Shown in pieces: positions 1 to 12,956 of a stretch of DNA of 64,000 bases. Position 1 is the stretch's first letter. Each line of letters starts with the position of its first letter. This DNA comes from Octopus bimaculoides (taxonomy: Eukaryota). The stretch lies in the NCBI RefSeq assembly GCF_001194135.2, contig NC_068983.1, forward strand, positions 78,286,860-78,350,859, written 5' to 3'. The notes under the pieces were generated by a model. That model saw only the letters and a list, made by a program, of their open reading frames with translations. It searched no databases and was not told the origin of the DNA. The position numbers and the translations under genes were made by a program.

Positions 1-146
1 CTGAGCAATTTAGTAAAATTGACTGATAGAATAAGCACTAGGCTTAAAACATAAGTCCTGGGGGTGATTTGTTTGAATAAAATCCTTCAAGATGGTGCTC
101 CAGCATGGCTGCAGTCAAATGACTGAAACAAATAAAAGAATAAAAG
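1..146 (+). mobile_element. 3' part of tRNA-derived SINE (family B), cut by the window edge
   Basis: Matches the tail seen in other copies here: ...gctccagcatggctgcagtcaaatgactgaaacaaataaaagaataaaag. Confidence 0.8.
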
Positions 147-149
147 GAT

Positions 150-1290
150 CTCCTATGACTTAACAATCATTCCAATGTTGATGTAAGAAGTCTCACTTTT
201 TAAAAACGCCTTGGGTAAAGTCACTCATGGAATGATATGTCATAAACTGCACAGTCTCTGCATAATCATAAACCTGAATGGCTACATGACTTTTAAAAGA
301 CTGAAGTCAGGCAGTGGTAGCCACTTAAGGCCATCTCCTAAGAAATAATAATAGTGAATGGAATCTCACAGAGTACTGTCTTGGGGTAACTGCTCTCCAT
401 AGTGGCTCCCACAGACATAACTTCAATTATACAGACAGCTATCTCTGTCTGTCATTACAAAAGAATCACAGGTGATAATGAACTCTGGAAATACTATACA
501 TTTGCAGCATAGCTTAAATGTTATACCATAAGTTGGCTTGAAGGAAATAAAATGCAATTTAATGCTGAATATTACCAAACCCTCTGCTATCAGCATACCA
601 AGTTAAATGTAATGCAAAAATACACTTATCATGAAGAGCTACAATCCTAAAGACATGCTCAGTAAATGACCTGGGCATTAACATGGGTAATGATGCATCT
701 TTTCATAAGCATTTTACTAAGATGACAATGTGATGTAAATGGCTTTTTTTATGTATTCTCAGAACTTTCAGATAAAGAGATTAGGAACCTCTGATGGTCC
801 TCTGGGGGACACATGTCTTAGGCTAATCTAGATTATTACTCCCTGTTATGTTTACCACAAAATGTAAAATTATTGATGGAACTTGAAGCAATACAACTCT
901 GCAACACAAAGATTGTCTCAATGTAACAGGTCAGCTGATGGGAAAGAACAAGAGAAGATATGAAGTAATATACGTCTGAGCGATTCTGGATGGACTTGCA
1001 TCAAACTTTGGCATTGAAAGTTATACTAATCCCAGAACAGCACACCACTGCATAGTGTCAAAGATACAATCCTTGTTATCCAGATTTACGACCAAATACT
1101 GCAATAGTTTAGGGTTCAAAGCTTTTCAATATTTTATCAAAAGACATAAAGAGGCTTACATGATACAGGGATCTTTAAAAAGTAATTGGACCTTCTACTG
1201 TCTTGAATTACAAATAAGCCTATGTTGTGGTAAAACACACAATTGAGAACAGCAACTTCAAACTCCCTCACTCATCAAATGCCAGAAAAT
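150..1290 (+). mobile_element. Decayed CR1/L2-type LINE, RT and 3' end
   Basis: Frame fragments GKVTHGMICHKLHSL...EWLHDF (RT KAFD-region-like) and GIESYTNPRTAHHCIVSK...SRFTTKYCNSLGF; many stops and frameshifts. Confidence 0.75.
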
Positions 1291-1468
1291 GGAAAAGGAT
1301 TGATAAAAGAGTAGCAACACCAATAGTGGTGCCCAAACATGGCCACAGCTTATGGCTGAAACAAGCAAAAAAAGGATAAATACACATGTATCAATGTGTG
1401 TGTGAATGTGTATCTGTATGTGTGCTTGTATCTTTTGCATGTGTAATTGCATGCATGTGTGATATATA

Positions 1469-1565
1469 CGAGATGGTATCAAAAGGTTCCTGAACTAGTT
1501 AGGTTTAATAAAAAGTAATTTATTTACCTACAGAACTAGTCTGGGACCTTTTTGATACCACCTCG
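1469..1565. mobile_element. 97-bp mariner-derived MITE
   Basis: ~33-bp terminal inverted repeats (cgagatggtatcaaaaggttcctgaactagtt / aactagtctgggacctttttgataccacctcg) with TA on both sides. Same TIR as the mariners at 20072 and 23646. Confidence 0.85.
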
Positions 1566-2039
1566 TACATACGAGTATGCATACACAAATGTTTGTATGA
1601 CTGTGCATGTGTGTGTGTGTGTGTGTGTGTGTCTGTGTGTGTCTGTGTAGGTATGTATGTACATGTGTGCTGGTTGATGCCACAATGGTATACCTCAAAA
1701 TCAAATATTTTAAAGAATGTCAAGTGTAGGAAGTAAAAAAGAAGTAATCAAGCCTCAAGCTACAGGTTTATTAAGGAGGCTGTGTAATTAATTACACACA
1801 CAGTATTGGAGATTGCTTTAGTCAAAGATGCTACGCTAGGTACAGGTGTTTTGAAAGTTCTTTACGACTATAGATTGTCGTTGTTGTTGCAGTCAGTATT
1901 GTCATTGTTTTTGGTGTTGTTATTGTCATAGGTTAGCCCTGGGAGAGCAAACTCATGATCAAAAATATTCCAGCTATGACCATCCTATATGGGCATTGGA
2001 GAGCATGAAGTTGTATTCGAAAAAAAAAAAAAATAGCTG

Positions 2040-2605
2040 ACATAGACGGCTGGAAGCCATCTTAATATTGTATCATGATAATTGGTACCAGGTATCCAAA
2101 TGAAATCATCGTGGCTACTGCACAATGCTCTATGAACATCATAAAGGCTATAAGGTGTAACAAGGTAGCTGCAATGGAGACTGCAAAGCCATGACCAACA
2201 AGACGGGACATAGCAGGTGTTCTGACTGTGTCCAGATACCAGAGTTCATCCCCACATCTTTGAACAGGGTCTTAGGCTCAATTCAGATGGTCATTTGAAG
2301 CTGCTGGAAGGCTATATGTGTGGCAGTAGGATTTGGCTCCTTACCATATCGCCAGGAGTCAGAACTGGTTATCAGACAATTTCTATGATTTTGCTAACCC
2401 CAGTTTCTGGCCTCCTAATTACTATTTGTGGGGTGCAGCTGAGAAAAATACCAACAACTCTGCCTGTAGCACCAAGGTTGGTGGCCAAGTCCAAGGACAT
2501 GTTCAGAGATGTTCCCAGGAATACAATGATGAAAACATGTACCGGATTCTGGAGCCATCTTGGGCCCATGGTGGAAGCTGAGAGTGCCTTCTTTAAGCAA
2601 ACTGT
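2040..2605 (+). mobile_element. Internally deleted maT/Tc1-like transposon remnant
   Basis: QQDLAPYHIARSQNWLSDNFYDF...FWPPN..YYLWGAAEKNTN and C-terminal FRDVPRNTMMKTC...VEAESAFF, typical of the Tc1/maT catalytic region. Confidence 0.8.
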
Positions 2606-2619
2606 CATAATCATCGTCA

Positions 2620-2921
2620 TCATCATCATCGTTTAACATCTGTTTTCCATGCTGGCATGGGTTGGACGACTCGACTGGGGTCTGGGAAGCCAGGAAGCTG
2701 CACCAGGCTCCAATCTGATCTGGCAATGTTTCTACAGTTGGATGCCCTTCCTAATGCCAACCCCTCTGAGAGTGTAGTGGGTGCTTTTTTACATGCCAGA
2801 GGGGGCTGGCATTGACCACGTTTGGAAGGTGCTTTTATGTGCCATCGGCACAGGAGCCAGTCAGGACGAGGGGGCTGGTATCGACCACGTTTGGATGGTG
2901 CTTTTTATGTGCCACTGGCAC
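2620..2921 (-). mobile_element. RTE LINE 3' UTR fragment with (GAT)n tail (family A)
   Basis: catcatcatcgtttaac...ccaggctccaatctgatctggc...gatgcccttcctaatgccaac. The same sequence is contiguous with RTE ORF ends at 33535 and 53105. Confidence 0.85.
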
Positions 2922-3193
2922 TGTTCTTTTAAGATAATTTTGTTTTTGAATGGGATATTGTGTTTTCCTTTCCTCTCATACAAACTGTCAAATTTAGTCC
3001 AAACACCCTGTATAAACTGTATTATCTGCTACGTTATTTTTCTTTTCAAGACAGCAAGGTATATCATGCACAAAGTTTGATAGACTTTTGTAGTGTGACC
3101 ATATAGAGACTCCTTTGTTATATCATTAGCAAGAGATAATTGCCTGTTCACAGAATACAGTGTCACTCATAGGTCAATAACTGAGACACATAC

Positions 3194-3222
3194 CCAACTA
3201 GCTTCAAGACATCTTATTATGC
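3194..3222 (-). CDS. Candidate 29-nt micro-exon (xIIRCLEASW)
   Basis: Acceptor tattgtacag, donor TGG|gtatgt, one open frame; no homology recognised. Confidence 0.2.
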
Positions 3223-3595
3223 CTGTACAATATGATATTGTGGGGAAGTACTTATGGATATTTAATTATTGTTATAAGTGTAAAAGTTGGTGAAGGAGAT
3301 TGTAATAACAATCCGAGAAAATAAAAGTACCTTCAATAATGTTTTCCATAACACTAATAAAATACAATATTTCCAACTTATATATTTTTGTAAGTAAATG
3401 TGTGTGAAATTAGTGGAAATTTCCAAAGAGAGTTAAGATTTGAGAGGCATCTTATTAAAATGGGCCTAGAGACACATAGCTTGCATCCAGAATAAGGGAA
3501 ATCTTTTATGAGAGCCAAATTCCAGAGCTTATAAAGGCTTGCTTAAAAACTTTGAGAATGTTCTTCAAGATATTTCAGTGCAAAAATCAACTTAC

Positions 3596-3630
3596 CTTTT
3601 TGCCTGCCAGTGCTTATCAAAATTGACAAC
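3596..3630 (-). CDS. Candidate 35-nt micro-exon (LSILISTGRQK or VVNFDKHWQAK)
   Basis: Pyrimidine tract ctctcattttcttccaatcaatcattcag, consensus donor AAG|gtaagt; phase-compatible with 3194-3222. Confidence 0.3.
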
Positions 3631-4961
3631 CTGAATGATTGATTGGAAGAAAATGAGAGAATGTATTTCTATAAACGTCAAGGATAAAGTGCAGACATAT
3701 ACTACCAAATAAGGCAATTCTAATTGCAAGTAGATTAAATTTTAAACCTAAATGTTCAAAATTCACATCTGAAGAAGCTATTGGCTATGTATTTGTGTGT
3801 GTGTGTGAGTTATGTGTGTGTGTGTGTGAGTGCGTGCGTGTAAATGGTACATTTCTAGAGTCCTTCACATTCATTATTAAGAAGTGGGTTGCATGACTTT
3901 ATTGTAACACAAAGTATACATTTCTATGTGTGTATGTATACATATGTTTGAGTTGGTGTTTTTTAATGTGCGCTTGTGTGTGTGTGTGTGTGTGTTTGTG
4001 TGTAAGTATCTGTTTGATGTTTTCACATATATTTACATAGATTTTAAAGTAAATATCTGTTACACTCTAAGATGAACGCTTCTTAGAATTGCCTGTTTTT
4101 GTTAAATAGAAAGTAGTGCAATAATTAAAATTGTGTTTTTTTTAGCTTAAAGGCATCATATTCCTAGGTGGTTCTTCTGTATGAATAATTTGAGGTTTTG
4201 ACAAGTTCACCAGTTACAAGTATTTGGATGTAACCAGAAATAATATAGCATTAAAAAATAATAAGCCATGGAGAAAATAAGGGTAGGGAGAATTAAGAAG
4301 AAGAAAGATGTTGAATTCTGTGATTCTGACAGGTTATATCTATAATTAGTAACAAAGTTCTATGCTATTTTTACTCACTAAAAAAAAGTATCACTTTTTA
4401 AGTGAATGACTTTTTTTTTTTTGAGCGGTGGTTCCAAACAAATCAGTTTTGGGTACTCATGTCATGTTTTGCCTCAATCCATAATGTTTGAGATGATGAG
4501 AAACTGGCAGAGCCATAGGGAATATAAATTATCTTTGGTTCATTCATACAATACACTGTACACCATTGACAGTCATTCCTTCATATCCAATGTGAATATC
4601 TATTTTTTTCCTAATCAGGATAGCAATACATATCCCAAAGAAAAAAAAATATATATGGTGAACTTTCAAAAATATCTCAAGTATCTATATAGCACTTCAT
4701 TTTAAACTCTCTCTTTTTTTCTTTTTCTCTGTCCTGAAGGGAAAAAAACAAATGTCATACCTTCAGCCTTACAACATGCTCTTCATTTTGATTAGGTACC
4801 TAGCCTTATTTTTACTATCCTAGAATGTCCTGGGGATAGAAATATTCTCTCCTCAACTAAGATAAGTTCTATGGTGGTGAATTACAACTTAACAGATCCA
4901 CCTTTTATTTCAAAGGAGCTAAATGTTATTTACACACTTTGAATTGAAGCAGTTAGTACAG

Positions 4962-5019
4962 AAATCTCGATTTACCAAAAGAATTTGCTGAGTTACAGAG
5001 ATCAATACTGAGGGGAAAA
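4962..5019 (+). CDS. Candidate exon (NLDLPKEFAELQRSILRGK)
   Basis: Strong donor AAA|gtgagt and an open frame, but a weak acceptor. Confidence 0.15.
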
Positions 5020-6289
5020 GTGAGTTATATGTTGGTATCTAAAACAAAATTCTCCTTTCACAGAAATAAATAAAAAATATTTCAAATCAGAGGCTAATTC
5101 TGTTTTCTTCTATGACATCATTATTCTTTTAAAAGCAATTGGATATCTGTCGACTAAATGGATATACTTTATTGACAGTTCAAAGGCTAAAATGTGTCTT
5201 ACAATACAACAAAAAAAAAATGACATAAGTTATGATTAGTCCCAATAATTTGTTTTATTGAATTTATAAAGAATAAACTCAATATACTGAGAATTCTATA
5301 CTTAAATGGATATATCTTTATAATATAACATATAAATTTTAAAGTGCATCCACTTTCATAAGCCAATTTAGTATCTATATCGCCATTTTTATTTGCAAGT
5401 TTGTGGTGTCATTTTCTTTCATGTTATCAAATGTGGTAGTGGGGTTTTAAGCAATGGGACATTCTCACTGGTTGCTGCTGAAGTGAACTTTCATCTTCCT
5501 TTGATATTTATTGTTTGTAACACAGCAAGTCCTTAAGAGATGCTATCTCAGGACAAATAGCATAGTAACCTGCTGACCAGGAACAACTTAATGTATTGTT
5601 GAACGATGAATGGTGTTAGAGAGCGTGAAGGTTAACCCTGTCAGACCTGTGCCCTTTGATCTAACTTTACCCTCCACTAGGGCTCCCGAGCAAAAAAAAA
5701 AATAGTTGCATATACTGTTTAAGGGTAACAACTGCAGCAAACTAATGGACAGAATCACAAAAACAGAAAAAAAAATCAGGAGAATAACAATATCTCTCAA
5801 CTACAATATTTATTCCTCATCACCTTCACCAGTTTGATTGTCTGAATCACTCTCATTGCCAGCATACGTGTAAACTTTTCATCTGAAGAAGAAATATCAT
5901 CAATGATTTCCACAATTGCAAAGAGTCTAGGCCTTGCTTGTTTACAAGACAAAGTGCTAGATTCGTCACACACTTGTTTCATTGTAAAATCGTTTTCTTT
6001 TTTTTTTTTTCCAATTAAAAACAAAAGTAAACAACAGCTACAGGGGATACCATCAACAATGAATCATAAGCACACTTGACAGCAAAGCTGCAATATGATC
6101 AGTTGTCTATTTTAAGTATTTTATCTTCTTTTTCTAAGTGTGTTGTTTATTACTGCTTTAGGGGAGAATCCAGCAGAGATGACATTTGAGCAATTCCTGC
6201 TATGACAGGAACTCTGGATTCACAGGGTTAAAAGTGCAATTTAGAAAACAATTGACACAAAGGCATGAAGAACTGGAAACCAACTGAAT

Positions 6290-6830
6290 GTTGGAAAACA
6301 AATTACCAATATCATGATGATTCACAGCAGGTATCAAAATGCCAAAATCATGACTGCTGTTCAATGCTGTGAACATTGTAAAGGCTGTCAGACATAACAT
6401 GGACAGCAGCAATGGAGACTATAAAGCCATTGCCATAGGAAGGAACACAGTTATTCTGACTATACCAGAATTCATTCCCACACCTTTGAACAAGGCCTTA
6501 GGCTCAATTTGAAGCTGTTGGAAACTGTGGTCAATCCCTGGCTTGAGAAGATTGTTGCTGGAAGACCATATGTATGGCCTTCCAGCAGTTCCTTGCTATA
6601 TGTCTGGGAAAAGTCAGAAGTGGTTGTCAGAGTATTTCAAAAACTTTACTAGCCCCAGTTTTTAGCCTCTTAAATCCCTCAATTGTAATCTTATGGATTA
6701 TTTTATGTTGGGCAAGACTGCAAAAGACACTAACCACTCTGCCTGTAACATCAAGCCTGAGCTGGTAGCCAAGATGAAGGTGTTCAAAGATCTTCCCTGG
6801 GACACAGGAAGGAATGCATGACTAGCTTAC
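6290..6830 (+). mobile_element. Second internally deleted maT/Tc1-like remnant
   Basis: Collinear with 2040-2605, including LETVVNPWLEKIVAGRPYVW and the same central deletion. Confidence 0.8.
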
Positions 6831-7169
6831 CATCAACACTATCATCTTTCAAGCTGACTGAAACATTAGCATGTTGGACAAAATACTAAGTGGTGTCCAG
6901 AAAACCTTACATAAGAAATGAAACAAATATTAAAACATTTATTTAAACAGCTTGGATATGACTTTTAGACAGCAATAACTGTAAAACAATTTGCTTTGTG
7001 GGAGTAGCTTAAGAAGAATTTTCTTTAACATTTATATTCAAATATTTTGAATCTGATACATGACTAGGAAACTTGAATATAAGTATTGATATCTGTTTTA
7101 GTTTTAATCACCCAACATAATCAAATCGTCCTTCTGTAGCCAAGGACATTTCCCAGGTTTTAACAAAGT

Positions 7170-9354
7170 TTCAGAACCAAGAGCAATAAAAAAAAGTTCA
7201 CAAAAGTACTTAAATGGATACCAAACATGCAAACTAAAGGAAAAGTGACCTGATGTAATTTCATCAAGTTTGTTAACTCCTACAGCTGAAACAAGCTAAT
7301 TAAGTCCCAGTGAAGCCAATGAAAGCACACAATCTGTGAGAGCTAGTTCTAGCAATTTTCAGTCTACTGTTGACAATTCTGATACAGATGAGGATTGTAG
7401 TGGGCAATATTAAAGTACCATAGAACAAGAAGAGATAAATTTAGTAAGCTCAAACAATGCAGTAGCCTTACAAACTGTCCAAGAATGGAAAAGAGTTTTG
7501 TATGTTATAACATTTTTAACTGAAAGAGGTTTGGCATTTAGATCTCATGAGGAAAAGTGGGGCTCATCTAATGGAAACTTTATGGGGACTGTTGCAGAAT
7601 TCAACCCATTTTTAGGTGAATATCTTGAGGATTTTAAGAATGAGAAAGTAAATACTGCTTATCTATTCAAAACTGTGTATGAAGAATTATTGGAAGCCAT
7701 GGGAAAACATGTCCATTATGAAATCGTTTATCAGATTAACAACCATGAGACCAAATACTATTATTGTTGGTTTGATGCTTGACCTGATACATGTTGACCA
7801 GGTGATAGTTGTAGTCTGATATTGTTATAATCAAAAACTTTGAGCGACTTTAAAGATTTTACTGATAGAAAAGTGCTGAATGGACATAGGTTTCAACTGA
7901 AAATAACTAAAGATAGTTTTATGTTAATGGATTTAATATAACAGTCTCAGAAAACAGAGCTACAAGCTCTCATAAAAAAAAACATTAGCATCTATACAGA
8001 CTATGTACCATGTGCAGCTCATTCATTCACCCCGTAGTATCCACTGTACTTGACACTGTTGAATATTTTGGCATTTTGCAGACGCTATTTGCTTTCTATT
8101 TTGATGTTCCTGATAGAAGGTTGTAAACACACAAAACGATCTAGACTTTTCCCTGGTAGGCTTGAGTACAACTAGATGACCTATTAAAACAAACATATGA
8201 GTGTTTTACAAACTCCCAAACACATTCTTTAAGATTCATAAAGAAAACTAGAATGTAAACATGAAGAATATATGCTATAAACCAGTAAATTTGGAATAAG
8301 AAGTCTTAACACTAGCTTGGGAAGAAGTGCAGAAACTCTCCAACAACACATGTAAGAAACTGCAGATTCCTAGTTTTGATGTATTTGAAAGTTATCTTCC
8401 ACTATGATCTTTTCTTTTGTTTGTTAAAGTTCTCTGAGAAAATTCAAATGAAAAACTGAAAGCAAAAGATTTGTATGGAACAAGTGGCAATGCTTCTTTG
8501 ATAAGATCTGAGTAATTTAGGCTAGAAGTTCTAAATCAAGTCTATGACTGCTTGGCTGTCCGGTTACATAAGATGATTGAACCCATATGAGCAGATTGCA
8601 AAAAGGTTCAATTTCATCTCAGAAATGGGAAACAATTCTGAAATTGATGAAAATAATATTAAATTTACTACATTACAGAGATGGTATTGACCAAAAGTTA
8701 GTAAATAAGAATTGGCAGTTCAGGTAATATTTGCACCTTAGCAAATTCCTGACCTGCCATTCAAAATGCAATGCACAGAAATTCTTCAGTCTACTTGTGA
8801 GCAATACCTAATTGAAGTGTTTACCAATATTACAATTGCACTTAAGCTGAACTTGACAATACCTGTCATGAGCTGTGAAGCAGAAAGGAATTTCCCAAAG
8901 CAATCCTTTCTAAAGAACAAATTTTAATCTACCTTAACTGAAGAAAGCTTAAATGCATTATCTATACTGTCTCTAGAAAATGGTATTGCAAAGAAATTCT
9001 CATATGACAAAACTTTGCACGAATATATCACAAAAAAAAAGAAAAAACAGAAAAAATGTATTTTGTAAAGTGTGCTTCATATAGTATGTATTTTCATAGA
9101 TGTTTAAAATGAAAGATTAAATTGAATTTTGTGTTTACTATGCTTTATTTCATTAGCCTATGATGCAGCAAGCTTGTATATAAATAACCCCTTATTTTCA
9201 TCCCTACCAACCACAAAATCTGTTAAGAAATAGGAAAATGTGTAGGTGTCAAAGTCTTCCAGACCACGTTTGATATTTGTCTGTTATCAATGGTTGGGAA
9301 GAGTCTCCATAAAATTTCAAACTTCAGGGCCCTCAAAATGTAAGTTTGCCACTG
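7170..9354 (+). mobile_element. Decayed hAT transposon (ZMYM1/DUF4371-like transposase with C-terminal dimerisation region)
   Basis: VITFLTERGLAFRSHEEKWGSSNGNFMG...EFNPFL near 7500; VFTNITIALKLNLTIPVMSCEAERNF...STLTEESLNALSILSLEN near 8820-8980; probable right TIR gccactg near 9350; many stops. Confidence 0.85.
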
Positions 9355-9743
9355 TTTTTAATATCAATATACATTTCAGATTCCTATGAAGGAAGTATAA
9401 ACAGGAGTATGAATGATAAGCAAAATATGCCATAAACACTCTGATTGCCATCTTCCGCATTCTGGCAGGAAAAGGGAAAATACAAGAAACACTGAAAAAT
9501 TCACCAAATCTATCAAACAACTGAAAGAATCAATGAGATTAGAATCCCTTCACACACAAAAAAAAAAGCACTGATTGAATCATATAAATTAACAAATCAA
9601 GGAGATAACAGGATTTTACATCATCATTCTTTATAATCTTGGTCATGTCAGATCAAAGGAATTAACTATTAATAGTAATCAAAAGTTTATGGTACTCTTT
9701 CGTAGTTCAGCCTTTTGTAACTAAACTGGAAACATTGCTTTAA

Positions 9744-9965
9744 CCCTTTTGTTACCATATTTCTGTTGAGATACTCTGTGTTTCTTTCAATTAATTTTAA
9801 ATGTAACAAAGAATTTAGTAAAATAGCTGAGTTATCATTAAGCTAGTGTTAGGAACATAAATTGTGACTAAGGTTTGGTGGAAGATTTTAATTCAGAACT
9901 TTTGAAAACAAGACATTTGTACTACAGAGCCAGAATCAGTTTCAGGTGGGTTGGTATCAAAAAGG
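9744..9965. mobile_element. piggyBac-type MITE
   Basis: TTAA|cccttttgttacca ... tggtatcaaaaagg|TTAA: short TIRs with TTAA on both sides. Confidence 0.75.
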
Positions 9966-10172
9966 TTAAGGTCTCACTCTAATATGTAAATGTTGGAGGG
10001 ACACCCTAACAGGACAAAAAGCAATAGTCTACAAGGGCAGATGACGTCAGCAAGGAATCAATAGCTATCCAACAAACCTACAAGTAGAGTAGGGACCAAT
10101 TTAGACTTTTGAGTTTAGCACTGCAGACCTTGGCAACCCTTTTGCTAGGTTGTCTCTCTTGAATGTACATAC

Positions 10173-10203
10173 TGGCCTTGCCATTCCTCTGATCCAGAGG
10201 GGC
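10173..10203 (-). CDS. Candidate 31-nt micro-exon (xPSGSEEWQG)
   Basis: Acceptor ctactcttgctacctag, donor CA|gtatgt; all three frames open. Confidence 0.2.
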
Positions 10204-10459
10204 CTAGGTAGCAAGAGTAGTCTTTTAATAAGTGTGAGTACTACCCATAGTTGCATAATCCAGCCCTTGATAAAAATATCATTGTTTATTCTTAATTGGC
10301 AATCACTTCCCTAACAGAAGAAAACTGCCACTGCAATCACTGATTGTTGATGACATGATGCTGTTCCTGTCAGTGACAGGAAAAACAGATGCTTACTGTT
10401 CATTGAACAACAGATGCATACTGAACTACAGATGCTTACAGTATTATTTATTATGCTTT

Positions 10460-10672
10460 GTGAGCTGGTAGAATCATTAGCACATTGGGCAAGATGCTTT
10501 GTGGTATTTCATCCATCTTTATATTCTGAGTTCAAATTCTGCCAAGGTCAACTTTGCCTTTCCTCCTTTTGAGGTCGATAAATTAAGTACCAGTCAAGTA
10601 CTGGGGTTGATGTGATCAACTTTCTCCCTCACCCAAAATATCAGGCCTTGTGCCTATAGTAGAAAGTATTAT
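10460..10672 (+). mobile_element. SINE family C
   Basis: agctggtagaatcattagcac...ttctgagttcaaattctgcc (B-box-like)...gtcgataaattaagtaccag. Partial copies near 12445-12530, 15690-15850, 17215-17330, 18100-18250, 21310-21420 and 48030-48220. Confidence 0.7.
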
Positions 10673-10802
10673 TCTGTATAATATGAAAATGTTCATAGAC
10701 TTGTTAATATTAAATTTCCTTAAAGCCAATGTGAGAACCTAAACACGATACCTTAACCTACTAGAAATAGTACCCAAATTTTCCCCCAAACCCTCTTTAA
10801 GA

Positions 10803-11160
10803 ATCATCATCATCATCATTCGTTTAACGTCTGCTTTCCATGCTAGCATGAGTTGGACGATTTGACTGAGGACTGGCAAGCCAGAAGGCTGCACCAGGCT
10901 CCAATCTGATCTGGCAGAGTTTCTACAGCTGGATGACCTTCCTAACGCCAACCACTCCAAGAGTATAGTGGGTGCTTTTACGTGTCACCGGCACGAGGGC
11001 CAGTCACACGGTACTGGCAACGGCCACGCTCAAAAAGGTGTTTTTTATGTGCCACCTGCATGGGAGCCAGTCCAGCAGCACTGGCAATGACCTCGCTTGA
11101 ATAATTTTCTAACGTGCCACTGGCACAAGTGCTAGAAGGCAATGCTGGTAGAAGGCAATA
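10803..11160 (-). mobile_element. RTE 3' UTR fragment (family A)
   Basis: (CAT)n-cgtttaacgtc start plus about two 66-nt internal units. Confidence 0.85.
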
Positions 11161-11199
11161 CTGAGACCTAGATATCCTTAAAAAGGATGGTTGCTTATG

Positions 11200-11730
11200 G
11201 CTGAAATGCTTTTCACAGCAAATTGACACTACAGCTGGCCATCGAGTTATGTACTGAAGTCCATTCTGTGATCTGGGTCTCCACCTGTCCCAAGCAGTTG
11301 AGCAAAATGCTGCTGAAAAGCCACACACATCTGCTCTGAATCAAGCAGCATGCACTCGTGATCTTCCAAAAACCAAATTGTGGCTTTGTAACCAGATTAA
11401 GCTTCTTCCACATTGGCCCATCGAATGGCGTTTGTTGTTTCATGCCTTACATCATGCACCTGCACTCTGACATTAGAGCTTCTGTGCATCTTGTTGAAGA
11501 ATCAGTCAGATGCCAATCTCACTGCAAGTACATCAGTTGCAATGCCTTTCCTAAACTTCTTGGTTTCTAAATCACCCTCTAACCTTGTTTTCTCTATCAC
11601 TACATTCTTACTAAACTTTATCTATTCTAAATTGCCCTTTTCAAGGCAAGCCAGCATTTATTGAATACCCTGTCAATGTCTGCTTAAGTAATTCATCATT
11701 CCAGTCTCTGTAGGCCTGGCATATTTGTTT
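11200..11730 (-). mobile_element. Decayed Tx1/L1-type LINE, linker between endonuclease and RT
   Basis: Minus-frame fragments ATDVLAVRLASD*FFNKMHR and LLDSEQMCVAFQQHFAQLLG; stops present. Family assignment is by recall. Confidence 0.55.
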
Positions 11731-11859
11731 CAATGTTTTCTTAATCTTGCTTGTTACTGTTATTGTTGTTGTTGTTGTTGTTGTTGTTAGTATTTATAGT
11801 TGTGTGAAGTATGGCAATAGTCGTAGTGTTGCTTTTATATTTCTTTTCATTTGTGTTGT

Positions 11860-11922
11860 TTTTGTCATCATCGTTGTCAAGGCTCAACATCTTGAGGTCA
11901 GTTCTCACACATCTTAATTTGT

Positions 11923-11964
<42 letters not shown>

Positions 11965-12282
11965 TCATCATTGCCTCCTTGCGAGGCGAGGACAAGTGAC
12001 TAAGACTGTTGGCAGTTTACTGTGTCTGAGAAGACACATAAAGCTTAATGGAATCTTAGTTGTGACCAGTGCTGGTGATGCTTAAAAGGCACCCATACCG
12101 GTGACACATTAAAGGTACCCAGTATACTCTGGAGTGGTTGGCATCAGGAAGCACATCCAGCCATAGAAACTGAGCCAAAACAGACTGGAGCCTAGTGCAG
12201 CTTTCCAGCTTGCTAGTTTCAGTCAAGTCATCTAACCCATGCCAGCATGGAAAACGGTGCTAAAGGATGATAATGATGATGT
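11860..12282 (+). mobile_element. RTE 3' end fragments (family A tail at right)
   Basis: ggagtggttggcatcaggaagcacatccagc...ccatgccagcatggaaaac...gatgataatgatgat; a short RTE ORF-end piece (VRTDLKMLSL) lies on the minus strand near 11880. Confidence 0.7.
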
Positions 12283-12656
12283 ATATATAGTCTAGTGATA
12301 TCTGCTCTTCAGCAGGTGCTGTTCATGTAAATTTCTCCAGCATTCCCTACACAATCTGCTGCTGTTTGGTAGACTACAGAAACTTTGGCTTCCATGACTA
12401 GACTTGGAATGCATAATGGAGTGGTTTTCCATTGCTTTTTCCAGGCAGGTGGGACTTGAACTTAGAATGTAGAGAGTTGAAAGATATATTGTTGTACTGC
12501 AAAGCATTTCTGCTGATGTGCCAATGATTCTGTAACTTTCCCACCCACAGAGCAACGTGAAATGAAGTGTTCTGTTCAATAACACAACACACCATCCAGT
12601 CTAGTAGTTGAACCCATGATCAAACATTTGTGAGTGCAACACTCTAATCACTAGGC

Positions 12657-12659
<3 letters not shown>

Positions 12660-12689
<30 letters not shown>

Positions 12690-12911
12690 CAGTGTGTGTG
12701 TATGTATGTGTGTGTGTGTATATATAGAGACAGACAAACAGATAAATACATATACACACACACATATTATAGAGACATACATATATGCATATATACAAAC
12801 ATACAGACATACATATATATATGGAGAGAGAAAGAGAGAGAGAGGGAGAGAGAGAGAAAGAGAGAGAGAGAAAGAGAGAGAGAGAGAAAGAAAAAGGGAG
12901 AGAGAGAAAGG

Positions 12912-12956
<45 letters not shown>

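Noticed and set aside
7498-7782. Domesticated ZMYM1-like host gene
   Set aside because: The surrounding transposase has many stops and frameshifts, consistent with a dead hAT.
9230-9339. Plus-strand exon ending AAAAT|gtaagt
   Set aside because: Lies in the hAT subterminal region next to the TIR, with no convincing acceptor.
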